A stretch of DNA of 58,978 nucleotides, counting the filler, from Circinaria calcarea (Eukaryota): NCBI GenBank assembly GCA_051942165.1. It is 6 parts of 6 records of this genome, joined end to end, with 100 filler letters (N's around TTAATTAATTAA, not from the genome) between each part and the next. Parts side by side here need not be neighbours in the genome. Positions count along the whole stretch, not along the records: positions 49,274 to 58,978 come from JAVECS010000895.1; 5 more parts are not named here. The stretch is one strand, 5' to 3'. The position numbers and the translations under genes are program-made. Shown in pieces: positions 49,660-58,978 of this stretch. Position 1 is the first letter of the stretch, and every line of letters starts with the position of its first letter. The notes below the pieces were generated by a model that worked only from the letters and a program-made list of their open reading frames with translations, was not told the origin of the DNA and ran no database searches.

Positions 49660-51432
49660 TTAGAGCCCGAACCCAATGTTCTCCCGATTATCGTCCACCA
49701 ACCTGCCATACTCCAACAACAACCGGAAAAACCAGACCTCAAAGTCCTCGTTCCGCAACACCTTGGCGGCCCACTCCCTCCCCTTCATGGCGAGCCTCAG
49801 CGCCTGCACCTTCCCCTCCTCCTCTCGATCAAAGTACCGTACGCTCTCTGTGTACTCATCTCCCACCAGGCCCAACGGCACATAATGCGCCCACGGCTTC
49901 AACCACTCCTCGTGCCATTCCCTGAAGACGGCCATCTTGAAGATCAAACTCTTGCTCTTCAGAAAAGCGTAGAATCGACCACTAAATGCGTTGCCATCCA
50001 TGTCGAGGAGATATTTGTACCGCCACGCGTCATGCTGAGCTGCGCCCTGCGCGATCTCGAAGAATTCCCTTTGCGCGTCGCAGTCTCCCGCGTCGCATTG
50101 GCCGACGTGGGAGAATTTAACGTCGAATAAGGGTTTGTAGTTTGGTCGAGGTACTTCCTTGACGCGCCATTCCGTTGTCTGGTTTTCGAAAACCCGTGCG
50201 TTATCCAATGCGTTGATCTTTTGGACAACGTGCTGGCGATGCTGCCGCCTCCAGCCACCGTCGCGGGAAAAGCCGCCCGTCGTGGAACCGCGCCAGTACA
50301 TTTTGTCTTCCTTCTCCTCCCAGCTATGATCTTGAGACTCTGTGTAGGGAACTTTATCAGACCAGTACCAAGGAGAAGGATAAAGGATGTCTTGGAAACT
50401 GCTAATTTTGCTTTGAGAAAATATAGGAAAGAGATCGTGGACTATGTCAAAAGCGTTGGGGCGGTCGAAAAAGCCGTAGGTATAGTGAAGGGAGGGCGAC
50501 TGGCAGATGTCAGAGAAGGCGGTCTTGTTTTGGACAAAGCCAAGGGAGGAGAAGGTATATGAGGCGGTGTTGTCAGTGACAGCTTCGTCCAGACTACGGG
50601 AAGGACTGTCTGGCGGGCAAGATAGTCGGGAGTGCGTCCAAGTCGGCTGATGGGGAAATCGGTTGAATCTGGTTATGCTTACTTCTGGAAACCTGGTTCC
50701 GTCCAAGATGTCTGAAGGCCTGGCTGAGAAGGTATTCTTAGGTTTGCCATTTGCGAATGCAATAGACATTACTTTGTCAGATGCAGCTTTGACCAACCTT
50801 GTCAGATCATCGTGCGGTACAATAACACGTGGTTCGTCGTGTTTGTTGAATGCAAGATCCACGTCGGGTAGGTATTGGAGAAAGTTCTTCATCATGCCCG
50901 CAGTCGAATCCTGCTGCCACTCATCTCCGCCGCCCAGATTGACTACCTTACCATCCCGTATTAATATCCCTATCAAGGCATTGTCAAAGCCCAAGGCCTC
51001 TCTGGTTCGGCCTCGTATGACGGATGGTTCCAGTGCCCAGAAGGGGAGTAGGGAATGGTATATCGTATCATACTCATCAATAAGCTGTACGCCTCTCGCC
51101 TTTGCAAAGTTATACCACTTGTCGAAATTTGGAGGCGGTGGAAGTGTGTATCGTCGCCGGTATTCCGTAACCGCCTCCTTTAGCGACTGCGACTGCGCAT
51201 CTAGGGTATTCGCGAGATTCAACTCTGCCTCTGTGATAAGTTCGTGTATGGGGTGGAAGGTGGTTGCAGTCTCCTGCAGTGGCTTAGAGATCTCAGGATG
51301 GCCTGCAGCATCATGGGGCTGTGGGGAGGTCGACCTTAAAGGGTTCGCGTGCGCAGGATCTCGAAGGAGGAAGATGATTAAGCCGGCAAAGCAGCACGAG
51401 GCTAAAAGAGTCCATAGTTGTTTTGGTCTCAT
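49660..51432 (-). CDS. GT90 glycosyltransferase (CAP10/CXT1-like xylosyltransferase); single exon
   Basis: Type II TM anchor after ATG 51432; EYRRRYTLPPPPNFDKWY; LPDVDLAFNKHDEPR; FSQSKISSFQDILYP; YWRGSTTGG; YKYLLDMDGNAFSGRF; WLKPWAHYVP; RLLLEYGR. Confidence 0.93.
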   Translation of the reverse strand: MRPKQLWTLLASCCFAGLIIFLLRDPAHANPLRSTSPQPHDAAGHPEISKPLQETATTFHPIHELITEAELNLANTLDAQSQSLKEAVTEYRRRYTLPPPPNFDKWYNFAKARGVQLIDEYDTIYHSLLPFWALEPSVIRGRTREALGFDNALIGILIRDGKVVNLGGGDEWQQDSTAGMMKNFLQYLPDVDLAFNKHDEPRVIVPHDDLTRLVKAASDKVMSIAFANGKPKNTFSARPSDILDGTRFPEVSITRFNRFPHQPTWTHSRLSCPPDSPSRSLDEAVTDNTASYTFSSLGFVQNKTAFSDICQSPSLHYTYGFFDRPNAFDIVHDLFPIFSQSKISSFQDILYPSPWYWSDKVPYTESQDHSWEEKEDKMYWRGSTTGGFSRDGGWRRQHRQHVVQKINALDNARVFENQTTEWRVKEVPRPNYKPLFDVKFSHVGQCDAGDCDAQREFFEIAQGAAQHDAWRYKYLLDMDGNAFSGRFYAFLKSKSLIFKMAVFREWHEEWLKPWAHYVPLGLVGDEYTESVRYFDREEEGKVQALRLAMKGREWAAKVLRNEDFEVWFFRLLLEYGRLVDDNRENIGFGL

Positions 51433-52192
51433 CCTCCTTCTCGGCTCCAAAGCGACGTTAGTAGCTGTTGACCATACATGGAAAGCCAATTTGCTGGTAT
51501 TGCTCGACCATCAAACAACGCGGTCTGTGTGCAATTGTCCCATAACACTGGGAGTCAGGAAGACTGTGACTTTTACTGGTCGAGCCAGAGAGGAGAAGAG
51601 GGCGTGCACGTTAGGCTGAAGCTGGTTCCTGTGCGCGAATCCTACAAGTAACGACTGAAGCTGGTAGACATACAAAAGGAGATCGCAAAGGACTGTGGCG
51701 TTTATTAAGTATTATGATTGCAGATCGCGATGTTCCAGATTCATTCTGGATTGTCAATAAACTTCTCGGCTAGCTAGTATCCCTGCCGCGGATCCCCCGC
51801 CTGTGGATAATCGAGGAAATGCGGCTCGAAGCCCTAAGTTCACCTCTTTAAACTGAGAGTCTTTACCATGCATGACTGCCACAAAGATTGTATACTCCCT
51901 TACGACCGGTACAAGATACAGTAGCGCGGGATTACACAAGCAGTCCTTCCATGACCTGTCTGGAGAGAGACCGACTGTTAGCAGTGCTGGGAAGGCTACT
52001 AGTAGTGTTCTTAGACGCCTTATTTCCTGCGTCTACCGATATCAAAGAGTACTTTATCTATAAAAGCTCACTATAAAATCCGGCTATAAACTCGCCAGGC
52101 CCTGAGTTAAGGTTTTGTTTACAACGCTACGGAACCGCTCTCGTGAGGAGTCTAGAACGTGAAAGGAGAAATATGGGTATACAGTATCCTAT

Positions 52193-53061
52193 CTACAGCT
52201 TCTGCCCTCGTTCCGAGAAGTACTGGCATTGCGTTATATGGCTTGCTTTTCCAGTAAGCTCGTCAAATAGATGAAAACCTGACTTGGCGGCGTTTGGTGG
52301 CGTGTATACTAACGGAGATGAGTACCTATTCGACTTCGTTGCTACACTGGTGGATCTTACAATGAAGTGATACCGCAAAGTTATCCGGATCTGGATTGGA
52401 GATTTTGTGAAGGCCAAGCTACATTGTCACACATTAGTTGACTGAGAACAGTGGCATCGCCGTCACGACACTTACTTTATCTGACATGTATGTTACTTCG
52501 TTTTCGCTGTATACGGTCTCCTCCTTCACTAGTAATCGACTCGAGTTTTGATCGACAGCATTACCTTTACCCGGCCAGTCGTACAGTGTTTCTTTGAGAC
52601 AACCTCGGAGTATCTGTATCGCAATGAGACATTGTCCGGTACGAGTTGGCGAAGAGGGTGTGAACGTACTTTCATTACGCAGTGAGCGTTTGCATGGTCA
52701 TGGATAGGGCTTCCTTTGCCCGGTGTCCACACAAGAACCAGCTGCCAATCCTATTAGTACACTACTATTTCCTTATACATTGTGCCTTCGCACTTACCAG
52801 ATTACTCTTCCCATTGCCACGGTCTACAAGGTTCCGAGTGTATGTTCTGCTTGGATCCCCCAAGGCATATCGCACCCATTCGCTTTTTTTCGACACATAA
52901 GCTGCCATCAGGCTTTGCAGATTTTTTGGGTCAACGTCCGCAGAGTCAAGACCTGAAGATGGACCAAGTACGTTGCTGAGATCATCGACCAAACGATGAA
53001 AGGCATCGCCTTCTCTGCTCTCCAAGCTATTGCCAACATCCTCATTAACGCGAGCGGGCAT
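52193..53061 (-). CDS. CDO1: Cysteine dioxygenase; 5 exons
   Basis: [51 protein letters not shown]...[14 protein letters not shown]...AVSLH|LYTPP (3-His iron site, Cys-Tyr pair). Confidence 0.95.
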
Positions 53062-53554
53062 TTTGTCAAGCTAGTAACTTGGTATTCGTTGGGGGGCTCA
53101 ACAAGGGCGGTGGAGTTCCAAACACGAGGAGCGTCCCGTCTATGATACGTGTGGAAGTCAAGGCGGCAGAATAAAGAAAGAACGTTAGGTAGAGACGTAG
53201 AGTAGCCCATATTAGTGTGTTGGATGCTGTCTGACTACGACGGTTCATGCGAGGTCACAAAGAGTGCATGACTGCAACGTGACCAGTCTAACTTCATACC
53301 CAAGGTAGGGAAGGTAGCTGTCGAATAGGAGCCGCATTCACTTGGTCGGTGAGAGTCTTTAAACCTTCGACCAATCGTAAACGGCCGCAGCCGACACGTC
53401 CCCGTTTTCGTACCATTTTGCCCTGCATGAATGACATCGAGATTTATTTTCGGGCAGGTTCCACGAACCCCACCAAAACTTTTCATCCACCATTTGATAC
53501 TTGAATCTTTTGCATCATAGCCCTCAACTGATTCACCCAGTACCATCAGGAATC

Positions 53555-55093
53555 ATGTCGACAACCGCGGATAAGGTCAGTATGCTATGAGCAGGTGGTA
53601 TAGGCATGGGTAAGCTTTATGTTACATTTATACTGATGCCAAGCACAGATCAAGGACATCGAGGCCGAAATGGCCAAGGTTAGTATTCAGCTCTCTTGCA
53701 ACCATTGGGCCGTCCGCTAAACTACCCGACATGACAGACCCAGAAAAACAAAGCAACTTCGTTCCATTTGGGTGAGATAAGGATACCCCTCAAGTCAGGG
53801 AATCGTCCCGCTGAAGCTTTGCAGGACAGCTAAAGGCTAAGCTTGCAAAGCTCAAGCGCGAGCTTTTGACCCCCACATCAAGCGGTGGAGGGGGCGGCTG
53901 TAAGCTGTCGCGGATGGCTATAGACACATGGAGAACTGACAGCTGATATAGCCGGCTTTGATGTTGCGAGGACGGGGGTTGCCAGTGTTGGATTTATAGG
54001 ATTTCCGTCCGTGGGCAAGAGTACGTTGATGAGCAAGCTGACCGGGCAACATTCCGAGGGCAAGTCCTTGAACATCTAGGACGAGGAGGCAACGCTTACA
54101 CAGCATAGTTGCTGCTTATGAGTTCACGACCTTGACCACTGTGCCTGGACAAGTCCAATACAACGGAGCAGCCATACAAATGCTCGATCTACCAGGAATT
54201 ATTCAAGGGGCAAAGGACGGGAAAGGTCGAGGTCGCCAGGTCATTGCGGTCGCGAAGACCTGCCATCTCATTTTTATTGTCCTGGATGTAAACAAGCCCT
54301 TGACGGATAAACGGGTTATCGAGTCGGAACTCGAGGGATTCGGGATTCGAATCAACAAGGAACCTCCTAACATCGTCTTCAAGAAGAAGGACAAAGGCGG
54401 GATTAGTATCACAAATACGGTCCCCCTATCTCATATCGATCACGAAGTCCGCATTACGAGTTCCCAGTGTGAAATGTGCACTGACGTGTCCTAGGAGATC
54501 AAGGCTGTGATGAGCGAGTACAAGATATCATCTGCAGACATTGCAATACGCTGTGACGCTACCATTGACGATCTCATAGACGTTCTCGAGGCCAAAAGTC
54601 GAAGTTATATCCCTGTCATCTATGCTCTGAACAAGATCGATTCCATCTCGATCGAGGAGTTGGATCTTCTTTATCGAATCCCGAATGCTTGCCCCATCAG
54701 TTCGGAGCACGGATGGAATGTCGATGAGTTGCTGGAACTGATGTGGGAAAAGCTTCAACTACGGCGAATTTATACCAAACCAAAGGGCAAATCTCCTGAC
54801 TATAACACGCCCGTGGTGCTTCGAAAGAATGCGTGTACGGTGGAAGACTTTGTTAGGTGTCCGATCCTTTCCACAACTCCAGGTTCGCTAACCTATGATC
54901 AGTGCAATGCGATACACAAAACCATTGTGGAGCAGTTCAAACATGCCATCGTGTACGGACAGTCTGTGAAGCATCAACCACAACGGGTCGGCCTCACGCA
55001 TGAGTTAGCAGATGAAGACATCAGTAAGTGCTTGGTTTACCGGCTGCTGGTGCTATTGCTGAACCTTGTGTAGTTACCATTATCAAACGGTGA
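53555..55093 (+). CDS. RBG1: DRG1-family ribosome-interacting GTPase; many short exons
   Basis: [43 protein letters not shown]...GFPSVGKST...AAYEFTTLT...[16 protein letters not shown]...NKID...TGS domain...[14 protein letters not shown]. Confidence 0.96.
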
Positions 55094-57163
55094 GAACATC
55101 GACGGTCGAGGCTCTCCTTGAATTAGAAGGACGTAACAAAGTTCGCAGGTGTGCTCCCAGATGCCTTGCTTGCCACAACCTGAAATGCTCTGGGTGTGCT
55201 AAAGTACGCGCTGATTTTACTCCATTTCCCTCTACAGGATGGATGAATTGGCATCTTGGCATAGGCCCCAGGCCGGCTCCGAGGCGTACCAATCATGGAG
55301 TTTGTTATATTTCACTTGGTCACGAGAGGTCCAAGATCAGCAGTTTTCGTTGTAGCGGCAGCATCCATCCAGGAGCTACCGTTGGGAGGAACCCCGGTGG
55401 GATTCTTTTGAAATTAATCCAGATTGCCGTCAGTTCAGACGAATGAGAGCGCACCCCCACGGCCGATTCACGTTCTATTCGACCACCTCCAAATTGCAAA
55501 ACTCTTCCCCGAGGAAGCCACACGCCGGTATTAGAATGCGGCATGACAAGGCGATGGCTATTGATATCCGGAACGGGCCAGTCTCACCGTCATTTCTGTG
55601 CGACTAGGTATATGGACTATCTCTGTCGAGTAGGTCCAGTCGAGGATAAAGTGAAATTGCAGATCGCACCTTCGCCACCCCAGCTGTCAATTTCATTGGC
55701 AATGAAATTTGATGGCAGGGATGAAACAGGGCATGAACCTCGGCATCATCTTCCACCGAGACGGTGTCAATCTTTCATGTCGTAGCGACTCGCGAATTGA
55801 AATTTTTTCCTTCATGATTGCTCCACAGTGTTTTTGTCATGCTCCGTCCATCTTTCCTCTCCGCCGTGAAATCCTCTTGGGCCTGCCGCGTGTTTCGCGC
55901 ATAAAAGCGGTAATGGGCCCCAAATGAAACCCCACGCGTTATCGCGGGACGATAACGGCCGAGGCTTGGTGGTCATCTGAATAATAGCTCAATTGGAGGA
56001 GATTCGGTGAGCACGTACGCCTGTCCGCCTCTCCGCCTCGACTTCCAATTCGTCCAAAGTGTCCGCACTTGAGGCCAGGGGAAGGTACTCTAAACTCCGT
56101 CTAGCTGACTTGGTCGCTCGAATGCCCACAACAGTCGCTAGTCGTCTACCACACACCCAAATCACGACGACCAGCCACGCTGGCTGGGTCAGCACATGGG
56201 CTTCCCCACCAATCGCCGATTTGATGCTGGCGACCACCCCCCCCCCCTTTCTGCTTTGGCCGTTTCCTAGCTCCTATTAATCATCGCACTCTTATTTCTC
56301 CCCCGGTAAGTTTCACCGGCTGTGGTGAAGGATATTTAGATACGACTAGGGCGCCTTAAAATACGACGGCGGACCAAAGAGCTGTGGTGTCTCCTAGGGC
56401 GGGCCTCGTTCGAATTCGACCCCGCCTATCGCATCGCATCATGTCGCATCAGCATGCTTAGGCCTCCTGGGATGCTCGTACCCTATGCAGAGGAGGATTA
56501 GGTAGGCAAGTGACATGGATGGTGCTGCAGTCTTCCCGTAACGCAGGAGCAGAGTTGCAGAGGGAGCTTCTGTTCCTGTACGGACCTTACCTGGTCTGGA
56601 ATGGATGCTGTTAATGGGGTAAACCATGCTCATGACCCTGGTGCGCACTAGAACAACCACCTTGCCCGACATTCTACCCGCGGCCCAATTCAAGGCCAGC
56701 GAAACCGCTAATTCTGTTCTCAATTATAATAAGTCCGTATGATTATCATCGTTTATTTTATTCTTTTTCCTGTGAATTTTTTTTTGCTAGGGCTGATCTG
56801 GCTTAAAGCTCCTTTGCAGTCCGCATCGCTATTCTACTCCCTCACTCCCTGTCAATATAATTGCTGAAGGGGGGCCCGTGGATGTTCACCATGTACGCAT
56901 CAGCCAAATAACACATAGGACTGTCTGTGGTGCTTTCGCTTTGAAACTTCGTTGAAAACGCTGTGCTGTTCTGCTGGTCGCGTGGGGTGGCACAACGGTT
57001 ATCGGATTACTCGAAGCTTCATGCAGTCGTCCGCGCTTCATGTGGGTCTAGGGCGTGCGGCGCTGCCAATCCCGTATAATTGAAGAAAACCCTCAACTCG
57101 AACTATCACTGCGCGATACCGCCTCTACGTCCGCCATACATTGAAGATCTCGTCAATTCTGTG

Positions 57164-58978
57164 ATGGATCCGATGATGGTCAAAGAGGAGCACCAGGATG
57201 GAGAATATGGAAATAGTCAATGGATCGAGATCCACAACTACCACTCCCCTCATGTACAGTCGCCCGTCCACGAATACACTGGCTTTGGATACATGCCTCC
57301 TCATCACGGGATGCCCTTGGAGCCTGTCTACAATCCTTCGATACCTCTTTCATACCCGCCGCATCAACCGGCACCACCGTTAGTAACCGCACAATGGCCA
57401 AGCATGTTGACAAATCCGTCAAATAACGGTCCTACAATGATCTCGGCTGTGCCTATACTCCCGTCTCCTCCGCTCGCTCAATTGCCAACTTACTCTCTAG
57501 CCCATTCTTTACCTCCATCAACAGCTCCTGTACCTGTTCCCTCCGCCAGAAGGACACTTACTGATCAAGATCGGCGGCGAATGTGTCAGTATCATGAAGA
57601 TAACCCGTCTGTGAAGCAGACCGAGATTGGCGGTAAGTAGATAGTCCATAGATCCATTTCGTTGAATCCTCTAATATGGCGAGTTAGCAATGTTTGGGGT
57701 GGAACGAAGGTGATTTGCCTGGACATACTCTTTCCATGGTTATTGTAAGACCATCCAGACTAATGGGTATTGCAGCACCGTGTCAAAGGTGTTGCGGCAG
57801 AAGGACAAATATCTATGCGCCGATGACGGCAGCAGATCCCCCATTAAGAGATCAAAGGGGAAGTTTCCTGATATTGAACGAGCGTTGTCAAATTGGGCGC
57901 GAAACCACCAGCGGCAAGGTTTGCCTCTAAGCGACAGTATCATCCGTGATAAGGCTCGCTTTTTCGCAACTACGGTCGGTAGCTCTGAAAGCCACCTCAA
58001 GGTGAACAGCAACACTTGGCTTGAGAAATTCAAGCAGAAAAACCATCTTCTTGGCGCCAAACCCCGGAAGGCGTCTGACGCAAACGAGTCCGACAACGCC
58101 GGTACCCTCAATGTGGATTCACACTCAGGTTCACAAACTCCAAACGGTGTTTCCCCAATTTCACCCACCAATGTTAGTTCTCCTTCGCCCATGTCTCCCT
58201 GCCGTAGTCAGGAAAGCCTGAAAACGGAGAGTCCGGACAGCTGCATGGATTTCTCTGGAAATTATAGGCATGCTCATTCCCAAAGTGCAACGTCCCTCGC
58301 GAGCTGCTTTTCGGATACTACAGCACCTTCGTCTTTCTCTCCTGGGCCGACAAGTCCCATTTCCCCTTTTTTCTCTCCGGATCCCAGTGGTGGAGCTAGC
58401 CCTTTCATACTTTCTCCGAACTCACGCTTGATTGCTCTGGGCAATACCAACACCGTACGCCCTCGTAGTCAGACCTTTCCTATGGTTGGAATAGAGCCAT
58501 CATTCAGTCCTTCTGTGTCTTGTGAGCCTTTGACACCGACCTATCTTCAGCAAATAATGGCGGCTCCTGCACTGGAAACTCCTCTAGAGGAACTTTCCGA
58601 ACAGCCACTCGGTGTAGAGCACACCGTACAGAAGCACAAAAGTTCTCAGTTAGACACAAGCAACAAAACTCCAAATCAAAATGGCAGTCCTGCTTCTATG
58701 GCACCACCCCCATATCCCCTTCTCCGGTCATCATCACCCAATAGTAACATGTCGTCGCTCACGGGCCAACCTCCATCCCAAGACGAAGCGAGGAAGGCCC
58801 TAGAGATCGTGATGAAATTTTTCCGCCACCAACCTTCCGAAGTCATGCATCCACAAGAATACATTATCATGGGAAAACTGATGGAAAAGCTTACTGTTCA
58901 AGGTGGGCTAAATGAGTTACCGGGTGGGATGCACTCGATGCATGTAGGGGAGAAGGAGAGTAGGAAAAGAAGTATTCA
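57164..58978 (+). CDS. CENP-B/Tc5-type HTH DNA-binding protein with low-complexity flanks and no DDE domain; last codons cut by window end
   Basis: RRTLTDQDRRRMCQYHEDNPSVKQTEIG|AMFGVER|STVSKVLRQK...GKFPDIERALSNW...LSDSIIRDKARFFA...WLEKFKQKN, then a long Ser/Pro-rich tail ending ...RKRSI. Confidence 0.88.

Noticed and set aside
50663..51619. 318-aa plus-strand ORF and other long antisense ORFs (49516-50130, 40737-41216)
   Set aside because: Antisense shadows of the GT90 and eIF3L genes, with no independent motifs.
56395..56430. tRNA gene suggested by a GTTCGAAT T-loop-like motif
   Set aside because: Only a short GC hairpin; no acceptor, D or anticodon arms could be built.

Overview
Fungal (filamentous ascomycete, Pezizomycotina-like) genomic DNA with short spliceosomal introns. 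The window is not one locus. It is six contigs of 9779, 9779, 9771, 9723, 9721 and 9705 bp, ordered by size and joined by identical 100-bp spacers (N44-TTAATTAATTAA-N44), so adjacency across spacers means nothing. Contig 1 (1-9779): a 127-bp perfect-TIR hairpin/MITE, an orphan ORF, a patatin-like phospholipase with a C-terminal C2H2-like finger, a 38-bp palindrome and a multi-pass membrane protein. Contig 2 (9880-19658): part of a group V non-reducing PKS cluster (14-TM MFS pump, atypical SDR, metallo-beta-lactamase thioesterase, PKS SAT domain cut by the contig end). Contig 3 (19759-29529): a decaying NRPS cluster (MFS with a nonsense codon, intact SDR, NRPS pseudogene split by a clean 524-bp hAT-type MITE and cut off by a probable second hAT remnant). 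Contig 4: DUF4203-like membrane protein, RIM1, a poorly resolved membrane protein and a DyP peroxidase. Contig 5: eIF3L, a nitrilase-family hydrolase, an RRM protein and BTA1. Contig 6: GT90 glycosyltransferase, cysteine dioxygenase, RBG1 and a CENP-B-type HTH protein. I found no demonstrably new system. The best leads are the PKS/MbL cluster, the MITEs and the patatin-zinc finger plus membrane-protein pair. All family calls come from motif recognition by eye; no database search was run.
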